Source: Mobula hypostoma
Taxonomy: Eukaryota
NCBI RefSeq assembly: GCF_963921235.1
Contig: NC_086097.1
Coordinates: 51,648,001-51,712,000, forward strand
Length of the DNA stretch: 64,000 bases
Direction: 5' to 3'
Part shown: piece by piece, positions 11,225 through 23,793 of the stretch
How the letters are laid out: every line of letters begins with the position of its first letter
Position numbering within the stretch: the first letter of the stretch is position 1
Program-made: the position numbers and the translations under genes
Notes under the pieces: model-generated
The model's input: only the letters and a program-made list of their open reading frames with translations
The model's database searches: none
What the model was told of the DNA's origin: nothing

Positions 11225-11262
11225 CAGTCGACGTTTCAGGCCGAGACCCTTCGTCAGGACTA
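11225..11262 (-). ncRNA. Minimal type I hammerhead ribozyme motif in the PLE terminal repeat
   Basis: UAGUC-CUGACGA-AGG(GUCUCGG)CCU-GAAA-CG-UC^GACUG: intact core, helix I and helix II. Confidence 0.85.
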
Positions 11263-11553
11263 ACTGAAGGAAGAGTGAGTAAGGGATTTGAAAGCTGGAG
11301 GGGGAGGGGGAGATGCAAAATGATGGGAGAAGACAGGAGGGGGAGGGATAGAGCCGAGAGCTGGACAGGTGATAGGCAAAAGGGGATACGAGAGGATCAT
11401 GGGACAGGAGGCCTAGGGAGAAAGACGGGGGGGGGTGACCCAGAGGATGGGCAAGAGGTATATTCAGAGGGACAGAGGGAGAAAAAGGAGAGTGAGAGAA
11501 AGAATGTGTGCATAAAAATGAATAACAGCTGGGGTACGAGGGGGAGGTGGGGC

Positions 11554-13063
11554 CTAGCGGAAGTTAGAGAAGTCAATGTTCATGCCATCAGGTTGGAGGC
11601 TACCCAGACGGAATATAAGGTGTTGTTCCTCCAACCTGAGTGTGGCTTCATCTTTACAGTAGAGGAGGCCGTGGATAGACATGTCAGAATGGGAATGGGA
11701 TGTGGAATTAAAATGTGTGGCCACTGGGAGATCCTGCTTTCTCTGGCGGACAGTAGATGTTCAGCAAAGCGGTCTCCCAGTCTGCGTCGGGTCTCACCAA
11801 TATATAAAAGGCCACATCGGGAGCACCGGACGCAGTATATCACCCCAGTCGACTCACAGGTGAAGTGATGCCTCACCTGGAAGGACTGTTTGGGGCCCTG
11901 AATGGTGGTAAGGGAGGAAGTGTAAGGGCATGTGTAGCACTTGTTCCGCTTACACGGATAAGTGCCAGGAGGGAGATCAGTGGGGAGGGATGGGGGGGAC
12001 GAATGGACAAGGGAGTTGTGTAGGGAGCGATCCCTGCGGAATGCAGAGAGAGGGGGGGAGGGAAAGATGTGCTTAGTGGTGGGATCCTGTTGGAGGTGGC
12101 GGAAGTTACGGAGAATAATATGTTGGACCCGGAGGCTGGTGGGGTGGTAGGTGAGGACCAGGGGAACCCTATTCCTAGTGGGGTGGTGGGAGGATGGAGT
12201 GAGAGCAGATGTACGTGAAATGGAGGAGATGCGTTTAAGAGCAGAGTTGATAGTGGAGGAAGGGAAGCCCCTTTCTTTAAAAAATGAAGACATCTCCCTC
12301 GTCCTAGAATGAAAAGCCTCATCCTGAGAGCAGATGCGGCGGAGACGGAGGAATTGCGAGAAGGGGATGGCGTTTTTGCAAGAGACAGGGTGAGAAGAGG
12401 AATAGTCCAGATAGCTGTGAGAGTCAGTAGGCTTATAGTAGATATCAGTGGATAAGCTGTCTCCAGAGATAGAGACAGAAAGATCTAGAAAGGGGAGGGA
12501 GGTGTCGGAAATAGACCAGGTAAACTTGAGGGCAGGGTGAAAGTTGGAGGCAAAGTTAATAAAGTCAACGAGTTCTGCATGCGTGCAGGAAGCAGCGCCA
12601 ATGCAGTCGTCGATATAGCGAAGGAAAAGTGGGGGACAGATACCAGAATAGGCACGGAACATAGATTGTTCCACAAACCCAACAAAAAGGCAGGCATAGC
12701 TAGGACCCATACGGGTGCCCATAGCTACACCTTTAGTTTGGAGGAAATGGGAGGAGCAAAAGGAGAAATTATTAAGAGTAAGGACTAATTCCGCTAGACG
12801 GAGCAGAGTGGTGGTAGAGGGGAACTGATTAGGTCTGGAATCCAAAAAGAAGCGTAGAGCTTTGAGACCTTCCTGATGGGGGATGGAAGTATATAAGGAC
12901 TGGACATCCATGGTGAAAATAAAGCGGTGGGGGCCAGGGAACTTAAAATCATCGAAAAGTTTAACAGCGTGAGAAGTGTCACGAACATAGGTCGGAAGGG
13001 ATTGAACAAGGGGTGATAAAACAGTGTCGAGGTATGCAGAAACGAGTTCGGTGGGGCAGGAGC
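11554..13063 (-). pseudogene. PLE reverse transcriptase / GIY-YIG endonuclease (N-terminally truncated, frameshift near 11755)
   Basis: MDVQSLYTSIP, QTKGVAMG, RYIDD, CKRNKCYTC linker, GVIYCVRC...LYIGET; a 4-nt deletion relative to the 26.9-kb copy shifts the C-terminus. Confidence 0.93.
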
Positions 13064-13116
13064 GTCTGTCCATTACCTTCAATACAATGTGCTTGTTTTA
13101 TTATGAATAAATTTTC

Positions 13117-13698
13117 CGAATCCGGTTTATTATCACTGACACAGGTCGTGAAATTTACTGTTTTGCTACAGTGCAGTTCATAAAAATGACCATAAATTAT
13201 AAAAATAAGTAAATAATGTAAAGCACTGCGAGATAGTGCTCATGGATTCATGGACCACTCAGAAATCTGTTCTTCCCCACCACCATCAGATTTCTGGAGC
13301 TATTTGAGTGTGCGTCTTCAAGCTCCTGTACCTCCTCCCTGAAGGTAGTAAAGTGAAGAGGATGCATCTCAGATCCTGGCCCAAAACGTCATCTGTCTAT
13401 CGTTTCCATGGATGCTACCTGACCTGCTGAGTCCCTCCAGCATATTGTGTGTGTTGCTCTGGATTTCCAGTATCTGCAGAACCTCTTGTGTTTAGAAGTT
13501 CCTTAATGATGGATGCCCTCTTCCGGAATACTACTTCTTGAGGATGTTATGAAAGGTGGCGAGGTTTCTGTTCATGCTGGAGACGGCTGAGTCTTTAACC
13601 ATTTGCAGCCACTTGAACATGTGGGTTGGATGCAACCCATCAGACCGTACTCCAGCATGCATCTGTAGAAATTTGCAAGTGTCTTTGGTGAAATGCTC
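13117..13698 (-). mobile_element. Rex1/Babar-like LINE (continues at 18536-18785), with a small PLE fragment at about 13370-13495
   Basis: SPKTLANFYRC motif; the sequence resumes after the Gypsy TSD TGCTC. Confidence 0.75.
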
Positions 13699-13792
13699 TG
13701 TTTCGAAATAGATATTTCAGATAAAAACAACAGCGTATGTGCACCAACTTTAATCATCTGCTTGCGAATGCATGTACAAATATATCATAACA
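13699..13792 (-). repeat. 3' LTR (94 bp) of Gypsy element 2
   Basis: TG...CA; 12 substitutions versus 18442-18535. Confidence 0.95.
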
Positions 13793-14131
13793 TTCCCCTT
13801 TTTATCAAAACAAAGAAAAGGAACAATTGTATTAACAATTAAACTCAATTTCTCTGAAGTCTGCTTTCCAGTGTACGTTCATGGAATGAACTTTCAAAGG
13901 ATTGATTAATCATGCCTGATGTCTCGTATGCCTGTCACAAATACATACCACTCATTATTTTCGTTTGTGTGAGCATATATACAAAATATAAAACATACTA
14001 AAATTTGACTTTAACTTCAAACTACAAACTACACAATCTCAAATAGGACATGGTCCTTCTTTTAGTATAAACATGACATTAAAATGCCAAATAGTGTCAC
14101 AGACTTATTTTTCAATTGTTCATGCAATTAT

Positions 14132-17100
14132 TCAATGTGGGACAAAGTCTTCTAGATATTGTGACCTTTTCGCTGTGCGGCCAGAACGAGTTTTTACTGT
14201 TTTGTCTAAACCCTGTTGTTTGTTATTTGCATGTTTCAACGTTTGTGTTAGTGTTTGTGTTGCGTCATTAGGCTCTGATAGTGTTCGGTTGTGTGCATTT
14301 GATGCGGTAGGCACACTGCGGTCATTGATCTCAGTTGTTTGACCTGGTTTTGCCTGTTCATATGTGATTAGCTTTTCAGGCGGTTCCTCAGCCGTCTTTC
14401 GTAGATGTGTGCGATTACATCGGTAGATCCCAGAAGGGGCTTGAACTACATATGAACGCTCATCAAGGTGCCGACACACAATTGCTTTCTCCCAATTCTT
14501 TTTACCTTGCACCAGGGGTTGTATGCGCACAGTATCCCCTTCGTCGAGTGGGGCAAGATCTTTGGCTGTTTTGTTGTAATTGTCGGCCTGCTGCTGGACG
14601 CGTTGTTTCATACGCTCGCGTTCGCGTACAACTCTGGGTTCCAGTAAACTCGCTGTTGTAGGCAGGAGTGTGCGTGTGTGGCGATTCATCAAATGCCGGG
14701 CAGGACGCGTGCTGAGCCCTTGCGAAGGTGAGTTGCGATGATCTAGAAGTGCGAGGTAGGGATCTGCTCGCGATTTGTTGCTCGTTGTGAGGATCCGCTT
14801 CGCTGTTTTAACTGCTCATTCAGCTTTTCCATTCGCTCTGCTATTTCTGGGGCTGCTACACAAGTGCTCAAAGTCCCATTCTCGTGCAATTCTGTGAAAC
14901 TCCGCTGATGTGTATTGTGGCCCATTATCACTAACCACTTGTGTTGGGCTACCATATCTCTCAAAATGAGCCTTCAATTTGCGAATAATGGCTGCGCTGG
15001 TCGTATCGCAAAGAAGATCTACCTCGAAGAAATTGCTGTAGTGATCAACGGTGACGAGGTACTCTTTTCCTTCGAATGTAAACGGGTCGGTACCTATCTT
15101 TTCCCATGGCCGAGCAGGTACCTCATGACTCGTAAGTGATTCTTCCCGCTGACTCATTTCGTATGTGCGACAAACATCACATGTAGCAATATATTGCTTG
15201 ATGTCGCTGCTCACGCCCGGCCAAAAACGACATCCGCGTGCGCGTCTGAGGCATCCTCTACGCACAAATGTGATGAATGAATTCTTTCCTTCATTTGCTT
15301 TCACTCACTTTGCGGTATGATGACACGCTCACCTTTGAAGATTAAGCTGTCTTGGACTGTGAGCTCATCCCTATAGCTACAGTAAGGTGTGAGTTGCTCT
15401 GGTAGCACGTCACGTTCGCTCGGCCATCCACTGATAATTACGCATTTCAACATCTGTAGTGTGTCATCTTTTGCTGTTTCTATGTGAATCTGCTCTAGAC
15501 GTTCATCACGGATTGGCAGGTGCCATAACATGTTGACTTCGTCGAAGCAATTCTCCTGGCCTGGAGTACCGCTAACTGCTCGCGATAGCGTATCCGCCAG
15601 GTGCATGAGATTTCCTTGACAGTAGGTGATGTCGAAGTCATAGCTCTGCAGACGAAGAAGCATTCCCTGTAGCTGCTTTGCTGCCTTCACCAACGGCTTC
15701 TTAACTATCATTTCAAGCGGCTTGTGATTGCTGAGTACTCTTGTGAAGTGGCCAAAAGTGTATTGATGAAAAAAGCTTAATTGTGAAAATGATTGCGAGC
15801 ATTTCCTTTTCGATCGCTGCTTAGCACGTTTCTGTGTCCGTTAGCGCTCTGCTTGCATATGCGATTTGTTGTCCATTCTGGAGGAGTGCTGCCCCTAGGC
15901 CTTTGTTGCTGGCGTCACATTGGATGGTTAGCTCTTCCTTAGAATTGTAATATGCTAACGCCGGTTTTTGGGATACCATCCGCTTGATCTTGGAGGGAGC
16001 GTTTTGCTGCTCAGCTGACCACTCCCATGCTACATCTGGCTTTGTCAGCTGTCTTATTGGCTCAAGGGTATCTGAGAGACTTGGTAGAAAACGGCTCAGG
16101 TAGTTGACAAATCCGATCAATCGCTGCACTCCCTGCACATCCGTGGGTGCTGTCATGTTGAGAACGTCAGCAACCTTGTCAGGATCAGGCCAAAGTCCCT
16201 CATTTGTGATGAGATGCCCCAAAAAGGGTATCTCTGTCGCTCTGAAGACAGATTTGTTCTTGTTGAGCCTGCTATGCTGCCCTGCACAACGCTGTAATAG
16301 GATCGGCGATTGCCTTTTCCTGCGTTTCCCCTTTTCTGTACACCAGAATATCGTCTACGACGCAGATCACTCCCAGTAGTCCTTCCAGCACCTGATGCAG
16401 CCTGCGCTGGAAGATCTCTGGTGAAACGCTGGTTCCAAACGGGAGTCTGAGCCATCTATACCACCCAAAAGGTGTGTTGAAAGTGGTGTGCACACTTGAT
16501 TCACTGTCCAATTTCACTTGCCAGAATGCAGAACTCATATCAAGCTTGCTGAAAACCATAGCCTGATCAAGATCTGGCAAAATGTCCTCTATCACCAGAA
16601 GGGGGTAGTGTTCTCTCCTCAGCGCTTTGTTCAATGGTCGAGGGTCAATGCATATACGAAGATTGCCGTTCTTCTTCTCTGCAACCACTAACTGGCTAAC
16701 CCACCTTGTAGGTTCATGGACTGCAGCAATCACCTTGCGGTCTACCAGTTGATAAAGCTCAGCTTTCACTTTTCCGCTTCATAGCGTGAGGTAGACGTCG
16801 TGGGGATAACACTGTGGGCTGAACTTCCTCATCGATCTGCAGGTGGGCTGCACCCGGAAGCTCCCCGAGCACATCATCGAACACCTCCGCATAGCGTTCT
16901 TCTGGTGTGCACTGTTTTTCTTTAAGTGTAGATGCACGCACCTTGCAAAAGTTGTCATCGTGGACCATAATCAGCTTCATTTGCTGGCCGGCCCTGCTTC
17001 CCAGCAATGGCGTAAAGTCGTCAGTGACCACAACAAATTCCACAGAATACTTGCGGTTCGTCATGGGGTTACGCAATTTCACTCTGCACATCCCTTCTGC

Positions 17101-17260
17101 ATCCACGGTGGGCTTGTTCCACACCATCAGCTTTTTGTGCATTGTCTTAGTGTGTGGTCTACTCCCTCCAAGTATTTGCGGTGTAAAATGTTAATGCTCA
17201 CCCCGCTGTCGACTTGGAAGTCTGTTGGCTTTCCATCGATGAGCGTCTGTGCGAATTCGT
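14132..17260 (-). pseudogene. pol: Gypsy pol (PR, RT, RNase H, IN) with multiple stops and frameshifts
   Basis: FQVDSGVSINIL; LRICIDPRPLNKAL, LPFG, VVDDILV; QCDASNKGLGA; VDHYSNF, SDNGPQY; C-terminal TRSGR. Confidence 0.93.
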
Positions 17261-18263
17261 CATCCTTTGTCTTCAGACTGTTGGCCACCAGTATGACATT
17301 GTCGATAAACTCGGGGCGGCTGTCCCTGTGGGTTTGGTCATTGCTTTGTGCTTCCACCCCATGCACGGGCTTCTGCTTGCATACCTTTGCAAAGTGATTT
17401 CGAAAGCCACACGCCTTGCACACCTGTCCGTATGCTGGGTACTGTTGCTTGTCTCCTGCATGTTCCGTGCCACAGTACGTGCAAGGGTTCACTTTGCTTC
17501 TGTGGCTGTTCAAGGTGCCTTTGGCTCTGGTTCAATCTCTAGCACTAGCCTTCTGTCCAGGATGCTTTGAACATTTCTTGTTAGTGCGAGGTTTAATCCC
17601 ATGGACAGTAGCTGACCTGCTATCTGCAGCTGTACTGAATGCTTGTAGGTGTGACTCAGCCATTTCTGTGCTTTTACAGATGTCAGTGCAGTCACTGAGC
17701 GATAGCTTTCTCTCTTGTAACAGGCGTTTTCTGGTTTGGGAGTCGTAAATGTCCAGTACGATCTTGTCTCTCAGCAGACTGTCTGACATGCACAAGCAAA
17801 AATTACATGTCTTTGCAAGAGATCTAAGGCTGGCAAGAAACGATTCAAAGGTCTCACCTTGTTCTTGTTGCCGCTTGTCGAACAAGTACCATGCGTATGT
17901 CTCATTTTTCTCACTGATAGCATTTCTGTCAAATGCAGCTAAAATCTTTGTGAGGTCTTGGCCTTCAGCCTCATCTGCAAACACAAAGCTGTTGTAGACC
18001 TCAAGTCCTGACGGTCTAATTGTATGTAAAAACAATGCCATCTGGTATGCTGGATCTTGTTTGTGCAGTTGTGCTACGATGCTGTAGTTAGTCCACATCT
18101 GCCGCCATGTCTTCCATCCGTCTATCAGTCCGTGGTTGACCGTCACGGGTGGGCGGATGCCGCTGACTGGGGAAGGACTTTTGCCCCGACCATGGTTCCC
18201 CGGCACGGGGTCGCCCATGGGTGCTGGGTGCCACTGAGATTCTGCTCTCTCACCTCCAGGCAT
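17261..18263 (-). pseudogene. gag: Gypsy Gag with zinc knuckles, frameshifted
   Basis: WKTWRQMWTNY, RQQEQGETFESF, CTYCGTEH and CKACGFRNHFAKVC. Confidence 0.88.
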
Positions 18264-18425
18264 TGCTACTGCACCCGTCTATATTTGTGGCTGGTTGCTC
18301 ATCTTGGTCGACATTTTTCTCCTCTTACACTCGCCCTCCGATGTTTCAGAGTTGCACTATTATTATGTTGCCAACTGCAAGTTGAAAAAATCAGGCGCTG
18401 CAGTTGAAAAGGCAATTTTCCGAGC

Positions 18426-18441
18426 CCCACCGCTGCCACCA
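18426..18441 (-). promoter_or_regulatory. Primer-binding site complementary to the tRNA-Leu 3' end
   Basis: TGGTGGCAGCGGTGGG abuts the 5' LTR and matches the vertebrate tRNA-Leu(AAG/TAG) end ...CCCACCGCUGCCACCA. Confidence 0.88.
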
Positions 18442-18535
18442 TGTTTCGAGACAGATATTTCAGATAAAAACAACGGCATATGCACACCAACTTTAATCGT
18501 CTGCTCACGAGTACATGTACAAACATATCATAACA
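18442..18535 (-). repeat. 5' LTR (94 bp) of Gypsy element 2
   Basis: Direct repeat of 13699-13792. Confidence 0.95.
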
Positions 18536-19754
18536 TGCTCCCAATGAAGTAGAGTCGCTGGCATGCTTTCTTCATGATTGCATCAATCTGGTTGGCCTAA
18601 GATAGATCTTCTGAGAAGTATCACCTTCCTGAAGTTCACAATCATTTCCTTCATGTTGCTGATGCTGAGTGCAAGGTTATAGTTCTGATACCATTCAACC
18701 AGCTGAGTTATATCATTCCTGTCCACCTCCTCATCACCATCTGAGATTCTGCAAACAGCAGTGGTGAATTTGTAGATGGTGTTTGAACCATTTAAGACTT
18801 TAAAGGTTACAGGTCATTACCTTTTAATCTAATTTCTTTAGTTAAGCAATTGAAATGAGTAGGTTGATAGTCTTGCTGTATGTGGAAAATACCTTTGGCA
18901 AAATGAAACCGGCTCTAGAGCAAAGCATGATGGGAAATGTCGGGTCAGAGCGACTTTGACTAGGAAAGAATGTGGACAATTTAAAATGAATGAAATCGTA
19001 TTTACTATTTATTCACAAAAACAGGTTATTGGTTTGATTTCCAAGGGCAGAACAGACAAACTTGGAGCTCTTTCATTTAAGTATACTAAAGGCCTCGGTG
19101 TACATATGATACTGAAACGGTCTCTGGAAATTATTATTTGCTAAAGATGCTCTTGTTTCTCTTAAGGATAGAAAATCTTTGTCAGATTGAATTTTTCCAT
19201 TTGTAAATCCAGTCATCATCAAAATTTAAGTTAAATAGAAGATCAATCATATTTTTCACCAGCAATTTTTATAAGAAAACATATCTAAAATCTTCATTGA
19301 TATTTTATAAAATAATATCCATGAGCTTTGACATGAACTTGTGTATTCATGGAATGTCTCCCTAGTGCCTACTATTCCCTTTCTATTGAAGCAGAACTTC
19401 ACTCAGAAGTAATCATTTAGTACAGGTTATATACTGCTCAACAGCTTTTAAGTCATAGCTATTAGCAAAGAAAATGAGCACATTTTAATTTGATTCATCA
19501 ATCAAATTAGTTCTTTTGAATATCAAAGTAACAGCTCACTTCACTGAACAGTGCAAAGCGGTGTTATTTAATACCAGGTCACCACTACCTTGCTTCACCC
19601 GAGCTGGAATAATCATAAATAATTGCTTGGGATCTTCGCTGCAATAAGCAATCTCAAAACACTTCTGAGATATCTGCCAAACTAATTTGCTTCTGATGGA
19701 GGACTGCTTAAGAACGAGCCTGTTGGTGGACAGGAAGTACTACAACAAGGAGTC

Positions 19755-20194
19755 AAATCTACCCAGTGCTTCACTGGCACCAGCCTACGGGCCATCAGGG
19801 ACATATATACAGAAAGGGCCAGTAACATCGTGAAGGATCCCACTCGTCCTGCTCATGGACTGTTCGTCCCCCTCCCACTGGGGAGGAGGTTATGTAGCAA
19901 CCATGTCAGGCCATACCAGACTCAAGCTCAGTTACCTTCCCAAAGCAGTAAGGATGATCAACATCTCTACCCACTAACTCCACCACTACTTTATTATGTC
20001 CCGTCAGTCAGCTTACGTACATCACTTTATGTACATACAATCAAACTATGTATATAAGCTATCTTATGTATTTATATATTTTTTATTATTATCGCATTCT
20101 TTATCTTTTGTGTTTTTTTGTGCTGCATCAGATCCGTAGTAAAAATTAGTTCATACTCCTTTACACTAATGCCTTAAACAATCTTGAATCTTGA
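19755..20194 (+). mobile_element. Rex1/Babar-like LINE 3' fragment
   Basis: KDPTRPAHGLFVPLPLGRRL coding end; (ATCTTGA)n tail. Confidence 0.75.
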
Positions 20195-20383
20195 GACAAC
20201 TAAGTTCTAAGTTTTTCTTGTTGTTAGAATCTATGCTAGGAATATATACCTTTGCAAAGTCAGGTGATGCGAATAATATGCTTTCGCTCCTGCTACAGCC
20301 ACAGGTTTGGGTTGATTGCTCAATGGATAATAGGCAAACAAGTCAAATAATATTGCAGTTCCATGATGTTGTTGCCATACCTT

Positions 20384-21463
20384 AAGACACGGGAGCAGAA
20401 TTAGGCCATTCAGCCCATCGGGTCTGCTCCGCCATTCCATCATTGCTGATCCCAGATCCCACTCAACTCCACACACCCACCTTCTCACCATATCCTTCGA
20501 TGCCCTGACCAATCAGGAAATGATCAGCACTGCCTTACATATACGCACGGACTTGGCCTCAACCACAGTCTGTGGCAGTGCATTCCACAGATATACTACT
20601 CTAAAAAAATTCCTCCTTACCTCTGTTCTAAAGGGTTGCCCCTCAATTTTGAGATTGTGACTTCCAATTCTGGATACCCCCACCAGAGGAAACATCCTCT
20701 CCACATCCACCCTATCTAGTCCTTTCAACATTTGGTAGGTTTCAATGAGATCCCCACGCATTCTTCTAAATTCCAGTGAGTAGAGGATCAAAGCTGACAA
20801 ACGCTCCCATTTGTTAACTCCTTCACTCCCAGAATCATCCTCATCAACCTCCTCTGTTCACTCTCCAATGACAACACATCCGTTCTGAGATGTGGTGCCC
20901 AAAACTATTGACAATACACCAAGTGCAGCCTGGCTAGTGTATTATCCCCTTGCTTTTATATTCTATTCCCCTTGAAATAAATGCCAACCTTGTAGTTGCC
21001 TTCTTTACCACAGACTCAAACTGCAAATTAACCTTCTGGGAGAATTGCACGAGGACTCATAAGTCCCTCTGCACCTCTGATGTTTGAACCCTCTCCCCAT
21101 TTAGATAATAGTCCACACTATTGTTCCTTTTACCAAAATGCATTGTCATTTCCCAACACTGTATTCCATCTGCCACTTTTTTTGCCTATTCTTCCAATTT
21201 GTCTAAGTCCTGCTGCAAGTCCTTCCTCAGCACTACCCATCCCTCCCCCTATCTTCGTATCATCTGCAAACTTTGCCGCAAAGCCATCAATTCCATTATC
21301 TGAATTATTGACAAACAATGTGAAAAGTAGCGGTCCCAATACTGACCCCTGTAGAACACCACTAGTCACCGGCAGCCAACCAGAAAAGGCCCCATTTATT
21401 CCCACTCACTGCCTCCTGCCTGTCAGCCATTCCGCTATCCATGCCAGTATCTCTTCTGTAACG
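20384..21463 (-). mobile_element. CR1 LINE 3' part with RT
   Basis: VTSGVLQGSVLGPLLF and KFADDTK; CR1 C-terminus and 3' UTR. Confidence 0.92.
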
Positions 21464-21484
21464 CCATACCAGAGAGTTGATTAA

Positions 21485-22165
21485 GAGGGAGACAGAAATG
21501 GATGCTCATTGTTCCAGGGTTTCAGTGTAGTAGAAAAGATAGAGAGAGAGGTAAAAGTATGGGTGCTGGCTGTGGGGGAGGCAGAAGCTGTGTTATTCAT
21601 CAGGGACAGTATCACAGATGTACTCAGAGGGGACAAAATGGAGGGCTCGTCCACTGACTCTATCTGGGTAGAACTCAAAAAAAGAAGGATGCAATCACTC
21701 ATTGAGATTATACCACAGATTCTGCCCCCCCCCCACCCCCACCCCCAGGACACTGAGAAACAAATATGCAGACAGATTAGGAAAAGTGTGAAAGCAACAG
21801 GATTGTTGTCGTGGGTGACTTCTGAGTGCAATAGGTTTAGACAGGGCCGAAGCTGTTAGATGCACCCAGGAGGATTTCTTAAATCAATATGTGGATAGTC
21901 TAACAAGAGGAGAGATGTTGTGGACCTGGTATTGGGTAATGAACCTGTCCAGGTGACTGACCTCCCAGTGGGAGAACAGTATGGGAACAGTGGGCACAAC
22001 TCCTTAAGTTTTAGGTTCGCTATAGATAAGGATAAGTATAGGCCCTGCTAGAGACTATTAAATTGGAGTGGGTAGGGTCATTTGTGGATAAAGGAGGGAA
22101 TATGTGCTTGGAGATGGAGGATGTGGGTGAGGTCCTAAATGGGTAGGTTGCATCAGTATTGCAGT
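21485..22165 (+). mobile_element. CR1 ORF2 endonuclease fragment, degraded
   Basis: STDSIWVEL and LDLVLGNEP-like AP-endonuclease motifs. Confidence 0.75.
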
Positions 22166-22213
22166 CAGTAGGATGTTGAAGTGTAACATGGAGACAAAAT
22201 CAGAAAGGATGAT

Positions 22214-22968
22214 TGTGGTGATATCACATGTCACGTGTAAGAATGTGATTGGATGGAGCTATGAGCACGCGCAGAAATGACAGAATGATTGAGAAGCTTG
22301 TATGTTAAGACGTGGTTGCTGTTTGCTGTTAAATAAAAGTTCTAGTTATGTTCTTCAAGAGCAACTCAACAATCTGCTCATTACCATTACCTGCAGCTAA
22401 AGACAGAGGGGTCCCTTTGTCATCAGGATCAAAATCAACCAATGCTCCCTTTGCAATTAATTGATCCACTTCTGAGAGATCTGAAGTTGAAGAATTACAG
22501 AGGTCTCGAAGTTTCTCACCAAGTACTTCTGGATCCGATATTTTTCTTCGATTTCTGCAGCTGAACCTCTTTTGGGTGGTTACGACTAGCGGTTGAAGCT
22601 CGTAGCTGCTAGCGTGGTGTCGGGACGCGAACCAGGGACTGGCCTGAGCAACTCGATCGCGCCATGAATGGTCACGTGTTCATAAATGCTCAGAGAGACT
22701 GATCAAGACATGTTAAATTATGCATTTGTTTTGATTAATGTTGTTGATTGTTTTTCTTTTTAAGGAAAGGAAGATGTGGTGATATCACATGTCACGTGTA
22801 AGAATGTGATTGGACAGAGCTATGAGCACGCGCAGAAATGACAGAATGATTGTGAAGCTTGTATATTATGACGTGGTTGCTGTTTGCTGTTAAATAGAAG
22901 TTCTAGTTATGTTCTCCCAGAATATGTGTCTCTATGAGTAACCCATTGTACGTATAAAGAACACAACA
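22214..22968 (+). mobile_element. Internally deleted LTR retrotransposon (755 bp)
   Basis: Partial 5' LTR 22214-22360; complete 3' LTR 22775-22968 (TG...CA); PPT AAGGAAAGGAAGA; integrase-tail-like RVHKCSERLIKTC*. Confidence 0.85.
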
Positions 22969-23025
22969 GAGATGACTACAGAACTGAAGGTGCTATATTT
23001 GAAGGCACACAGTATATGGAATAAG

Positions 23026-23452
23026 ATCCTCAAGACTTTCTTCAGGGGCACCATTGAGAGCAACTTGACTGGCTGTATCACTGCCTGGCATGGGAACTAC
23101 ACCAACCTTGATCACTGGGCACTGCAGATAGTGGTACGGACAGCCCAGTGCATCTATGTATGTGAACTTCCCTCCATCAAGGACATTTACAGCAACAGGT
23201 GCAGGAAGAAGGCCTGGAAGATCATCAGGTCACCAGTCACCCCAACCATAAACTGTTTCAGCTGCTTCTATCTGGCAAACGATATTGGAGCATTAAAGCC
23301 TGGACCAACAGGCTATGGGACAGCTTCTTTCTACAAGCCACTAGACTTTTAAATTCCCATGTCTGCACATTCTGATGGAGTCATAATGCAAAGATTTATA
23401 CTCCCTCAAGTTGTGGGATGGAAGTAAGATTTAAATAAATTCAATTCAAATT
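23026..23452 (+). mobile_element. Rex1/Babar-like LINE 3' fragment inserted in CR1
   Basis: FFRGTIESNLTGCITAWHGN motif; AATAAA plus short tail. Confidence 0.85.
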
Positions 23453-23793
23453 TAGATGATCTTGAAGTGCACTTAGAGATTAGCAGGTATGATGTGGACA
23501 TCTCTGAGTCATGGCTGGAAGAAGATCATAGTTGGGAGCTTAACATCCAAGGATACACATCGTACTAAATGGATAGGCAGGTAGGTAGAGGGGGTGGGGT
23601 GGCTCTGTTGGTAAAAAAATGAAATCAAATCCTTAGAACGAGGTGATATAAGACATGAAGTTGTAGAATCCTTGTGGGTAGACATAGGAAACTGTAAGGG
23701 GAGAAAGGCACTGTTGGGAGTTGTATACAGGTCTCTGAACAGTAGCCAGGATGTAGGCTATAAATTACAACAGGAGATAGAAAAGGCATGTAA

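Larger units (their letters stand above)
11166..13063 (-). mobile_element. Penelope-like element, 5'-truncated, young
   Basis: RT plus GIY-YIG ORF, pyrimidine-rich 3' UTR and hammerhead motif. Confidence 0.95.
13699..18535 (-). mobile_element. Full-length Gypsy LTR retrotransposon, Mag-like, with 94-bp LTRs
   Basis: LTRs at 13699-13792 and 18442-18535; perfect 5-bp TSD TGCTC; tRNA-Leu PBS; PPT AAAAAGGGGAA; gag-PR-RT-RH-IN. Confidence 0.96.

Noticed and set aside
11149..11868. 239-aa plus-strand ORF
   Set aside because: Antisense to the Penelope 3' end over purine-rich low-complexity sequence; no independent protein signature.
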